NCBI GenBank assembly: GCA_002170535.1
Contig: NHDW01000004.1
Coordinates: forward strand, 186,190 to 250,189
Length of the DNA stretch: 64,000 bases
Direction: 5' to 3'
DNA from: Methylococcaceae bacterium TMED69
Lineage (GTDB): Bacteria > Pseudomonadota > Gammaproteobacteria > Ga0077536
The notes under the pieces were generated by a model. The model ran no database searches, was not told where the DNA came from, and worked only from the letters and a program-made list of their open reading frames with translations. Made by a program: the position numbers and the translations under genes. Positions 42,105-50,275 of the stretch are shown one piece after another (the stretch's first letter is position 1; each line of letters begins with the position of its first letter).

Positions 42105-42201
42105 AACATATCCTTCATCATTTATTTTAATTTGTTAAATCAAAAATATAATTTTATCATAGTACATCAATAATGAGGTTAATTTCCATACTGGTATTTT
42201 G

Positions 42202-42972
42202 ATGCTTGAAGAAGTTATAGAAAATAAAAAGATAAGTTATAGTCTTGATTTTGATGAATCCAGAAAAAGAAACTTGTTTCTGATTCATGGGGCGTCCTGT
42301 GATTCGAAGGTATTTTTAGAACTTAGTAATAAACTATTAAAAAAATTTAATGTTATGTCAATTGATCTAAATGGCCACGGTGAATCAGGGGGAGAAGGAT
42401 TTAGAGGCGTAGTGGATCATGCGTTTGTTTGTGCTGAGCTTCTAGAAAAAAAGAACCTCGGGCGATGGAATATTATGGGCCATTCTCTCGGAGGTGCGAT
42501 TGCCATGACGTTAGCTTTGTATAAACCAGATTTAATTGACTCCCTTATCTTAGTGGCTACAGGTTCTCGTTTGAGAATCCCTGAAACTTTTCTATCAGAG
42601 ATAAAAAAGGGTAATAATTATGAGTTAAATAAAGAATTTTTAAGAAATTCGATGTTCGATGGTTCTAATGATAGCATCTTAGCCCCACTTTTGGAGATAA
42701 TGCAATCTACAAACCCCAAAGCGGTCTACAAAGATTGGTTAGCAGCAGATTCATTTGATTTATCTAGAAGGTTAAAATCAATAAAATCAAGATGCTTATT
42801 AATTTGCGGTGAAAATGATCCGTTGACACCTCCGAAATACCACGAGTTGTTGAACTCCGAAATACCTAGCTCAAAGCTTTCCGTATTTCCAAACTGTGGA
42901 CATTGGCCGTTTATTGAAAAATCCGAATTGTTTTTAGAGGAACTTGATAAATTCTTGTCTAGCCTTCAATAA
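42202..42972 (+). CDS. alpha/beta-fold hydrolase
   Basis: GHSLGG nucleophile elbow, 257 aa; ATG at 42202. Confidence 0.75.
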   Translation: MLEEVIENKKISYSLDFDESRKRNLFLIHGASCDSKVFLELSNKLLKKFNVMSIDLNGHGESGGEGFRGVVDHAFVCAELLEKKNLGRWNIMGHSLGGAIAMTLALYKPDLIDSLILVATGSRLRIPETFLSEIKKGNNYELNKEFLRNSMFDGSNDSILAPLLEIMQSTNPKAVYKDWLAADSFDLSRRLKSIKSRCLLICGENDPLTPPKYHELLNSEIPSSKLSVFPNCGHWPFIEKSELFLEELDKFLSSLQ

Positions 42973-43405
42973 TTTTAAGCATATCCGAGGCGTGACTTTG
43001 AGGATCTACGGCATCGAAATAATGTGTTACATTACACTCGGTATCCAGAATCACTGAGACTCGAGGTGCGTAGGAATCCGCTACTCCACAAATATTGAGT
43101 TTTTTAGACTCTTCAAGTCCAAGGTCTGAAAGGATGTCAAAAGGGAAAGAAAACTTTTCTTTGAAAGATTTATTATCTTCTGGTGAATCTCCGCTGACAC
43201 CAAGTATCACAGTATTTTTCTTAGTAAACTCTTGGATTCTATCACGGAACCCACTGCCCTCAATGGTTCATCCTGGTGTATCGGCTTTTGGAAACCACCA
43301 TAAAATAAGTTTTTTTCCAGAAAAATTATCGATAGAAACGACTTCTCCGTTTTGATTTACGAAAGATAAATTAGCTAGATTTTTACCAACTATAGTTTCA
43401 GGCAT
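42959..43405 (-). CDS. bcp: candidate selenoprotein: Bcp/PrxQ-type peroxiredoxin with in-frame TGA (43268-43270) at the peroxidatic Cys position
   Basis: Translation from ATG 43405: ...KKLILWWFPKADTPG-U-TIEGSGFRDRIQEF...VILGVSGDSPEDNKSFKEKF... aligns with E. coli Bcp YFYPKAMTPGCTVQACGLRD with TGA at Cys45. Frame continues into the track ORF 42959..43210. 7-bp hairpin 15 nt after UGA. Confidence 0.75.
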
Positions 43406-43418
43406 GGTCGTTATCCTA

Positions 43419-44312
43419 TTAAGTGATTGATGCAGTATAAATCTTATTGATTGCTAATCCTAGTCTTTCCGAGAACATTTGATCGGTCATGCCGGCTGAA
43501 AGTCCTTCGGTTAAGGCTCGAGAAAAGCTCGCAATTACTCCGAGATTATTGTGTAACTTTTTATTTGCTAATTCTTGAGGATATCCACCAGATAACGCTA
43601 CTACTCTTAAAATGTTATCTTGCTTTGATATATCTTGATAGAAATTTTCTTTATCTGGAAGTGTCAATTTTAACATTATGCGATCATTAATATTGAGTTT
43701 GTCTAGTTCCTTATGTAAATTTTCTAGCAACATGTTTTCAGCTTCTAGTTTAGCTGGGCAATTGATATCAATTTCTGGTTCAATTATTGGAACCAATCCT
43801 TCATTAATAATTACTTTTGCAGTTTCAAATTGTTGTTTTACTACTTTTTTTATTCCTGAATGGTTACTCGATTTAATGACTGATCTCATTTTAGTCCCAA
43901 ATATTTCTTTGTTTTTTGCAATCTTCAATATTTTGATTAGGTTAGGGTTAGGCTGCATTAATTGCACACCTTCTTCTTCGTCTGCAAGTCCTTTATCAAT
44001 TTTTAGAAAAGGGACAATTTCTTTTTTTTCCCACAAGTACTTTGCACAGTCAAGGCCGCAAAATTGAGAATTCATTGTTCTTTCAAAAAGAATTGCTCCG
44101 ATGATTTGCTTGCCGGTAAAGTTTGAGTCTGACACTATCCTTTCTCTCATTTTATGCACAAGTTCAAACATTTCCTCTTCGCTGGACCACTCATTCTCTT
44201 TGATTCCATAGTTCATTAACGCTTTCGGAGTGCTTCCTCCACTCTGATCTAACGCAGCAATAAACCCTAAACCAGTTTTAATTTTTGCTATTTTTAAGTT
44301 TTCTGATGTCAT
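43419..44312 (-). CDS. fructose-bisphosphate aldolase class I (short ~296-aa bacterial type)
   Basis: GKGFIAALDQSGGSTPKAL block typical of the ~296-aa class I Fba family. Confidence 0.85.
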   Translation of the reverse strand: MTSENLKIAKIKTGLGFIAALDQSGGSTPKALMNYGIKENEWSSEEEMFELVHKMRERIVSDSNFTGKQIIGAILFERTMNSQFCGLDCAKYLWEKKEIVPFLKIDKGLADEEEGVQLMQPNPNLIKILKIAKNKEIFGTKMRSVIKSSNHSGIKKVVKQQFETAKVIINEGLVPIIEPEIDINCPAKLEAENMLLENLHKELDKLNINDRIMLKLTLPDKENFYQDISKQDNILRVVALSGGYPQELANKKLHNNLGVIASFSRALTEGLSAGMTDQMFSERLGLAINKIYTASIT

Positions 44313-44356
44313 TATTTAGACCTTTCGTGATTATTGTAATCTAATTAAGCGTTGTT

Positions 44357-45340
44357 TTAATGCAAGGTTGGATTAATCCAAATTGCTTTTCTTTTTGCTG
44401 ATACCACATTTACAATAGTATGCTTGTCTCCTCTTTCGATTTCAATTGAGATGATATTGCCTGCTGGGCCTGCATTCCATATTTCTTTAAAAAGTTGATC
44501 TAAAGTTTTCGGTGCAACTCCGTTAATACTTTTTATAATATCTCCGTTACTTATCCCAGCTAAGGCGGCTGGGGAGGACTTATAGAGCCCTAAAACTACA
44601 AATTGTTCTTCTACAACGGATACAAAAAATCCCAAATAAGGCCTATTGCTTTCTTTGACTCCACCTGTCCTCTTTATTTCGGAGAAAAAAGACCATAGAG
44701 GATCTATCGGAATACACAAATTCCCTGAAAACTCGCTTTTACTGGTGGGTGGATTCTCCAAGTAAAGAGAACCTATTCCACTTAGCTCCCCTTTTTTATT
44801 GAGAAGAGCAGCTCCTCCCCAGTTTGGGTGTGATGGTGTTGTATAAAAAGCTCTGTCTAACACGTATTCCCAGTATCCTGTAAAGCTATCACAACTCCCT
44901 ATATCAACCACTACAGTCTGCTCTAAACCACCAAACCCTGCTAACATAAAGCCAGAATCTCCAGCATTAATCTGTTTATTACAATCTGATACAGGAATGG
45001 TAGGAATGGATATTGTACTTAACGGTTTTAATAGCCCTAGTCCGGATTCATAGTCGTACATTACTGTATCTGCCAATACAGTTTCGTCACTGGCTGTAGT
45101 TATCCAAATTTGCGTTGCTTCTGCAATGAGGTAGCCTACTGTAACAATTAGTCCCATCTGATTAATGAAAACACCATTGCCGGTTCTCTTTGTGCCTAAG
45201 ATATCGGCTGTTTGTGCATGCTCGGGGACAATAGTGGTGATTGATACTATTGCCCGGAGTCTTCTTTCCATTTCTTCGTCCGAAATGTCAAAGTTTTCGA
45301 ATCTTTCGCTCCGCGGTTGAACCATCTTTTCGTCTGTCAT
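44357..45340 (-). CDS. trypsin-like (S1C) serine peptidase with C-terminal PDZ domain
   Basis: Chymotrypsin-fold N-region with GDSG-type block (NAGDSGFMLAG); PDZ-like C-terminus (LGLYKSSPAALAGISNGDIIKSING). Confidence 0.75.
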   Translation of the reverse strand: MTDEKMVQPRSERFENFDISDEEMERRLRAIVSITTIVPEHAQTADILGTKRTGNGVFINQMGLIVTVGYLIAEATQIWITTASDETVLADTVMYDYESGLGLLKPLSTISIPTIPVSDCNKQINAGDSGFMLAGFGGLEQTVVVDIGSCDSFTGYWEYVLDRAFYTTPSHPNWGGAALLNKKGELSGIGSLYLENPPTSKSEFSGNLCIPIDPLWSFFSEIKRTGGVKESNRPYLGFFVSVVEEQFVVLGLYKSSPAALAGISNGDIIKSINGVAPKTLDQLFKEIWNAGPAGNIISIEIERGDKHTIVNVVSAKRKAIWINPTLH

Positions 45341-45359
45341 TAAAAATTATGTAATCGTC

Positions 45360-45704
45360 TTATTTCGAAAAAATGTCATTGAATTTATCCTCGTTGAAAC
45401 CTACTACAATCATATTTTTATAAATTATAGTTGGGGCACGAAGGTTCCCAGTTGGGCCCAACATAAATGGTGTTATGGAAGATTTTTTTTCATCTTTAAT
45501 ATCAAAATGATTTGTGTTTCTCCCCTTAAAAATAATTATTTTGACAGCTCTTTCTAGGAGGGACTCTGCTTCCGGTTTACCCAGTTTTTTGTTAGCTGAA
45601 ATTTCTTCGATTATTTGAATAGAATTTGCTTCCAAGAACTCGGATGCTTTGGTGCAAGTAGCTCATCCTTTTCGAAAGTAATACCATTTAATCTTTTTGC
45701 TCAT
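45360..45704 (-). CDS. candidate selenoprotein: ArsC/YffB/Spx-family thioredoxin-fold protein with in-frame TGA (45663-45665) replacing the first Cys of CxxC
   Basis: From ATG 45704: MSKKIKWYYFRKG-U-ATCTKASEFLEANSIQIIEE... aligns with E. coli YffB [24 protein letters not shown]. Frame continues into the track ORF 45360..45635 (whose M is a TTG Leu). Total 114 codons, typical family length. Confidence 0.7.
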
Positions 45705-46581
45705 AGTTTTCACATAATATATCAAAAGCATACTTATCGCCATCTTTTATAATTTGGCCAAAACTTGATCCTGAGAAGTGTGACCCTATCAATATACTGT
45801 TTTGTCCAGCGTTCTTTTCCAGAATTCTTCTTCTTGTTTTTATAGATAAATCTTTATCAAAATCATAATAGCTATTCCAATCAGGGCACGCTATTTGACA
45901 GGGATGATGTATCATATCTCCTGTTATTATAATATTTAAATTATTGTAATTAACTACAACGCTCGTATGACCCGGCGTATGCCCGGGTGTGCCAATTATT
46001 GTGACATTATTATCTATTGAATAAGGGGGACTAATGAACATAGCTTGGCCGCTCTTGATGACAGGGTTAATTGATTCTTCAATTATGTTTCCATGCAGTT
46101 TGTTTTCATACTTCTTAGCATGTTGAAATTCCTTTTCGGAAAAAATATATGATGCATTTGGGAATGTTGGTTCCCAAACGTTGTTTATTTTGGTGGTATT
46201 CCATCCGATGTGGTCCAAATGAATATGGGTGCATACTATATAATCTACTTCAGTTTGAACAACGCCTGCCGCTTGAATTTTTTCGAGGAACTTACTTTGT
46301 TTATTGGCCCAAGGTAGATAAGTAAGGTCTTTATGATTTCCAATACAAGTATCGACAATAATTATTTTATCATTGGATTCAATAACAAAAAGTTGGACGA
46401 CTATCTCTAGCCCTTGTTTTTCCGATAGAAAAGTTTGGTCTAACCAAGGTATTTTTTTTAAATTATCAGGGGTTGCATTTGGTATTAAAGGCAGAGTTCC
46501 CCGATTGGTTGTTTCGATTACCCTTTTTATTTTAATCTTATTGTCATTTGACCTTATAAGGTAGTTTTCTGTTGTTTTCAC
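45688..46581 (-). CDS. MBL-fold metallo-hydrolase
   Basis: HxHxDH motif (THIHLDHIGW), 297 aa; GTG start; 3' end overlaps the ArsC-family start by 17 nt. Confidence 0.8.
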   Translation of the reverse strand: MKTTENYLIRSNDNKIKIKRVIETTNRGTLPLIPNATPDNLKKIPWLDQTFLSEKQGLEIVVQLFVIESNDKIIIVDTCIGNHKDLTYLPWANKQSKFLEKIQAAGVVQTEVDYIVCTHIHLDHIGWNTTKINNVWEPTFPNASYIFSEKEFQHAKKYENKLHGNIIEESINPVIKSGQAMFISPPYSIDNNVTIIGTPGHTPGHTSVVVNYNNLNIIITGDMIHHPCQIACPDWNSYYDFDKDLSIKTRRRILEKNAGQNSILIGSHFSGSSFGQIIKDGDKYAFDILCENYEQKD

Positions 46582-46652
46582 TTAATTGAATGTAAAATCT
46601 TTAATAGTTTAAAAAAATGTACCATATAGAATTAGAAAGGGGAATCAGATTA

Positions 46653-47894
46653 ATGACGGCGAGAGCTTCAATAACCGGGGTATCTATGACAAAATTTGGA
46701 AAGTTTTTGAATAAATCTGTTAAAGACCTGGTGCAAGAATCGGTATCTGATGTTCTAACCGACGCCGGCTTATCAAAGTGTGATGTTGAAGCAATTTTTT
46801 TTGGAAATTGTGTGCAAGGCCATTTGGAAGGGCAAGATATGATCAGAGGTCAGGTAGCTCTCAGACCTATGGGCTTTGAAAAGTTACCTATATTTAATGT
46901 TGAGAATGCCTGTGCAACAGCTAGCACAGCATTCCATCTAGGTTATAACTATATTTGTTCTGGTGCGGCCGATATAGTTTTAGCTATCGGCGTCGAAAAG
47001 ATGAATTCAGAAGATAAAGATCTAATGTTTAGTGCATTTGATGGCGCTTGGGATGTACACAATATTGATTTAAATATAAAAACTTTTGAAGAAATGTCTA
47101 GAGATATCAGTTTAATAAACAAATTTGTTGGAAAAAAACAAAAAGCAAGTGTTTTTATGGAGGTTTATGCTGGTTGGTGCAGAAAGCACATGGAAGTTTA
47201 TGGTACGACCCAAAAACAGCTAGCAGCTGTAGCCTCAAAAAATCATATGAATTCAGTTACTAATGACAAAGCGCAATATAGAAAACCATTTACAATTAAG
47301 GATGTTTTGAATAGTCAAACGGTCATCCACCCACTTACTTTGCCTATGTGCTCGCCAATAAGTGACGGTGCTGCTGCTGCGATAATCTGTAGTCCGGCAG
47401 GATTAAAAAAGATCAAGGGTTCGATTAAACGACATATCCAAATTCGAGCTTCAGTAATTCAAACAGGATCTAATAGAGATATTTTAGATTTTAAAAAACA
47501 TATAACGAGATTGGCTGCAGAAAAGGCTTATGATTGTGGAATTGGTCCTAATGATCTAGATTTTCTGGAGGTTCATGATGCTACTGCTATTGGTGAAATT
47601 ATAGAAATAGAGGCTTTGGGAGTCTGCGAGGAGGGAGAGGGAGGCGTTTTTGCAGAAAAAGGTCTGACAGCTTTAAATGGTGCCATTCCCGTCAATCCCT
47701 CGGGTGGTCTCGAATCTAAAGGCCATCCAATTGGAGCTACTGGATTAGGTCAAATTTATGAGTTGGTCACTCAGCTAAGGGGGGAAGCTGTGGGTCGTCA
47801 AGTCGAGTCACCTCGGGTTGCGTTAGCACAGAATGGGGGCGGGGTCTATGGTATTGAAGAAGCGGTTTCATCAGTTACAATCTTATCTATTTAA
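46653..47894 (+). CDS. thiolase-family protein (SCP-x/lipid-transfer-type thiolase)
   Basis: Thiolase N- and C-domains with SCPx-type blocks (NVENACATAS; C-terminal GHPIGATG); ATG at 46653 after GGGGA SD. Confidence 0.75.
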   Translation: MTARASITGVSMTKFGKFLNKSVKDLVQESVSDVLTDAGLSKCDVEAIFFGNCVQGHLEGQDMIRGQVALRPMGFEKLPIFNVENACATASTAFHLGYNYICSGAADIVLAIGVEKMNSEDKDLMFSAFDGAWDVHNIDLNIKTFEEMSRDISLINKFVGKKQKASVFMEVYAGWCRKHMEVYGTTQKQLAAVASKNHMNSVTNDKAQYRKPFTIKDVLNSQTVIHPLTLPMCSPISDGAAAAIICSPAGLKKIKGSIKRHIQIRASVIQTGSNRDILDFKKHITRLAAEKAYDCGIGPNDLDFLEVHDATAIGEIIEIEALGVCEEGEGGVFAEKGLTALNGAIPVNPSGGLESKGHPIGATGLGQIYELVTQLRGEAVGRQVESPRVALAQNGGGVYGIEEAVSSVTILSI

Positions 47895-48614
47895 TTCAAA
47901 TATCAAACTTGAAAGATCGCTTAAATCCTCAATTGTATAATTTGGCTTTTCATAATATTTTCCCGTTTGGAGTGGCGCTGTAATGTTCTTTTCTGAAAAA
48001 AAAACATTTAGAATTCCGTACTTATTTGAGCCAACTATGTCATGTTCCATAGAGTCGCCCACAAAAAGAAGTTCCGATTTCTCTAATCCTGCTTTTCTTC
48101 TAGCAATTTCGAAGATTTTGCAATCTGGTTTGCATGATCGTGCAGATTCAGAGCTTAAATCAAAATCGACTAGATGCTCGATTTCATTCTTTTTTAGAAT
48201 TTGTTTAAGCATATAGTTATCTATATTGGATACAATTCCTATTGTCAAATTCTTCTTCTTTAAATCAGTTAAGGTTTTTCGAGCATTTTTAATAAGCGAA
48301 AAAGACTGGATTAGTAAAAATTCGTGTCTTTGACTAAACCATTTAAAAAATTCATTATCTGCTTCTATATCTGCAAAGTCTGTAAATCTTTTGAAAATAT
48401 CAAGAAAAAGATTTTTATGAAGATAGAATCTTTTATCAATATAACTATGTGTTACAGCAATGCTAGCTTTTTTATAAAGAATTATTAATTCTTGAATTGA
48501 CAACCTCGTTAATTTTTTTTGTTTTGTTTCTAGTAGAATGCTCTCGATAACAGTATCCACATTTCTGTAGGAGATTAGCGTGCCGCCTAAATCAAATAGA
48601 ACTCCTTTAATCAT
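47883..48614 (-). CDS. HAD-superfamily hydrolase (subfamily IA)
   Basis: DxG motif I (LFDLGGTL), motif IV GDSxxHD (VGDSMEHD). Confidence 0.75.
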   Translation of the reverse strand: MIKGVLFDLGGTLISYRNVDTVIESILLETKQKKLTRLSIQELIILYKKASIAVTHSYIDKRFYLHKNLFLDIFKRFTDFADIEADNEFFKWFSQRHEFLLIQSFSLIKNARKTLTDLKKKNLTIGIVSNIDNYMLKQILKKNEIEHLVDFDLSSESARSCKPDCKIFEIARRKAGLEKSELLFVGDSMEHDIVGSNKYGILNVFFSEKNITAPLQTGKYYEKPNYTIEDLSDLSSLIFELNR

Positions 48615-48617
48615 ATT

Positions 48618-49103
48618 TCATTGCTCGAAATTTTTTTTTAGATCATTTGCTTTTATAGCCAAGGTATTACCTTTCTTTTGATTTCCGCCAAGAAAGCTGG
48701 GTGCAGTTTGGTAATATTCTGCAAGATCTCTTGTTATCTCATAGTCATTTGGATTTAACAAATATGCTTTTTGAAGGAATTTTAGTGTTTTCCTGGCTAG
48801 CTTGGTTGCCTTAAACCAATTCGCGTCATAAGCAAGTTTACCGGTGCTTTTCCCCGCATAGTATATGCATCTAGAACAAAGCGGATAACTAAAGGCAAGG
48901 TTTATAAAAATATCTGTAGACAGATCGAATTTCGACTCGTTGTAACAGCTCAAGCCTTTTTCAAATTTTGCATCAAAAGAGGAGTAGATTGGCTCTCCAT
49001 AAGAGTACTTAGATATTGACATAAAAGATATTTGAATTATCAGTCCAATAACAACAAAATACTTCTTTTTCGATTTTTGGTGGAAATTGTTAGAATCTGC
49101 CAT
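48618..49103 (-). CDS. hypothetical membrane-anchored protein (161 aa)
   Basis: Complete ORF with N-terminal TM helix; no recognisable domain. Confidence 0.5.
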   Translation of the reverse strand: MADSNNFHQKSKKKYFVVIGLIIQISFMSISKYSYGEPIYSSFDAKFEKGLSCYNESKFDLSTDIFINLAFSYPLCSRCIYYAGKSTGKLAYDANWFKATKLARKTLKFLQKAYLLNPNDYEITRDLAEYYQTAPSFLGGNQKKGNTLAIKANDLKKNFEQ

Positions 49104-49153
49104 AGCAAAAGGGTTTTAAAGTCATATATTAGTATATTAACGTGAGGATAGAA

Positions 49154-50032
49154 ATGGAAACAACGTCTGAAAAGGTTTTATATCCTAAGGTAAGTCTAAT
49201 GAAAAAAGAACGACTTTCCAATGGGAAAATTATGCAGAGATTGAGAAGAAATATTGGTAAAGCTATCGAAGATTATCAAATGATATGTCAAAACGACCGT
49301 GTGATGGTTTGTTTGTCCGGAGGCAAAGACTCCTTTACATTACTCAAGTTGTTAACAGCACTCCAAAAAAAGGCACCGATACGATTCGAGATAGTAGCTT
49401 TTCATTTAGATCAAGGTCAACCTAACTACCCTAAAGGCAGGATAGAGAAATATTTAACAGACAAAAAGGTAGATTTCTTAATTGAATCGCAAGATACTTT
49501 TTCGGTTGTTTCAAATACTGTTAAAAACGGTAAAACATTTTGTGGGCTCTGTTCTCGACTTAGGCGTGGGATAATTTATAGAGTTGCCAAAGAGATAGGC
49601 GCCACAAAAATAGCGCTAGGCCATCATTTGGATGACATAATAGAAACGTTGTTTCTCAATATGTTCTTTTGCTCAAAATTAAAAGCAATGCCTCCAAAGT
49701 TGTTAAGTGATGATGGAAATAATGTGGTTATCCGACCACTCGCATATTGCTTTGAGAAAGATATCTTGAGCTACTCTGAGCAGCAAAAGTTCCCGATCAT
49801 ACCTTGTGACCTTTGTGGTTCTCAAGAAAATCTTAAACGTAAAGTAATCAAAAAAATGTTGACTGATTGGGAGCGTGAGCATCCTGGCAGAAAAATGAAT
49901 ATTTTCCGTAGTATTTCATCAGTAGTTCCATCCCATCTTGCAGATAATAAGTTATTTGATTTCGGTAGTTTTGATAAAGAAAAAGGCATATCTCCGAGTT
50001 CGGTCTTAACCGGCTGGAGCTATCAAAAATAA
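49154..50032 (+). CDS. ttcA: tRNA 2-thiocytidine(32) synthetase
   Basis: PP-loop SGGKDS ([13 protein letters not shown]), CxxC pairs, strong similarity to E. coli TtcA (KRLRRNVG... ALGHHxDD); ATG at 49154. Confidence 0.85.
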   Translation: METTSEKVLYPKVSLMKKERLSNGKIMQRLRRNIGKAIEDYQMICQNDRVMVCLSGGKDSFTLLKLLTALQKKAPIRFEIVAFHLDQGQPNYPKGRIEKYLTDKKVDFLIESQDTFSVVSNTVKNGKTFCGLCSRLRRGIIYRVAKEIGATKIALGHHLDDIIETLFLNMFFCSKLKAMPPKLLSDDGNNVVIRPLAYCFEKDILSYSEQQKFPIIPCDLCGSQENLKRKVIKKMLTDWEREHPGRKMNIFRSISSVVPSHLADNKLFDFGSFDKEKGISPSSVLTGWSYQK

Positions 50033-50097
50033 ATATTTAATTTTTTGTTAAAAAGAACATATAATATAACTTTAATATGCTAAAAGGAGGTGATCCA

Positions 50098-50175
50098 ATG
50101 TCTAGTGATATGGATATTGTGTCAGTCAGCCAGAGTATTTGTTTCGTGGTTAGTCATGACTGCGAACTAGGTTAA
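50098..50175 (+). CDS. putative 25-codon small ORF (MSSDMDIVSVSQSICFVVSHDCELG) with unusually strong SD
   Basis: AAGGAGGTGATCC (13-nt perfect anti-SD complement) 5 nt before ATG; followed by hairpins and an intrinsic terminator; no homologue recognised. Confidence 0.3.
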   Translation: MSSDMDIVSVSQSICFVVSHDCELG

Positions 50176-50208
50176 TTGACAAACGGTTGACGACACAACC
50201 GATCGCGG

Positions 50209-50240
50209 GGGGCTTAAAAGAGCCCCCTTTTTTATCTTAC
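50209..50240 (+). terminator. rho-independent terminator
   Basis: GGGGGCU-UAAAAG-AGCCCCC hairpin followed by UUUUUUAU. Confidence 0.7.
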
Positions 50241-50275
50241 CGAATAGTTCATAAAAAGTTAGATTTTTAAAAGTC

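Noticed and set aside
43095-43355. 86-aa plus-strand ORF in the track overlapping the peroxiredoxin locus
   Set aside because: Low-complexity, no homology, fully antisense to a well-conserved Bcp reading frame; artefact of the opposite strand.
42959-43405. Simple pseudogene / sequencing error for the Bcp TGA
   Set aside because: Not fully excluded. But the stop is a single-base variant of Cys located exactly at the catalytic residue, and the rest of the 148-codon frame is intact and well conserved. There is also a plausible SECIS-like hairpin, and a second identical-type event lies 2.4 kb away.
44368-44381. 14-nt perfect palindrome TTGGATTAATCCAA
   Set aside because: Lies inside the last codons of the S1/PDZ protease gene; AT-rich and short; most likely coincidental or a weak terminator element, no second copy seen.
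42959-45704. Genome-wide TGA reassignment (TGA=Trp/Gly) as explanation for the two in-frame TGAs
   Set aside because: TGA terminates several well-conserved genes in the window at their expected ends (msbA 6866-6868, gap 32011-32013, TPR gene 20461-20463). All other conserved genes are intact under the standard code.
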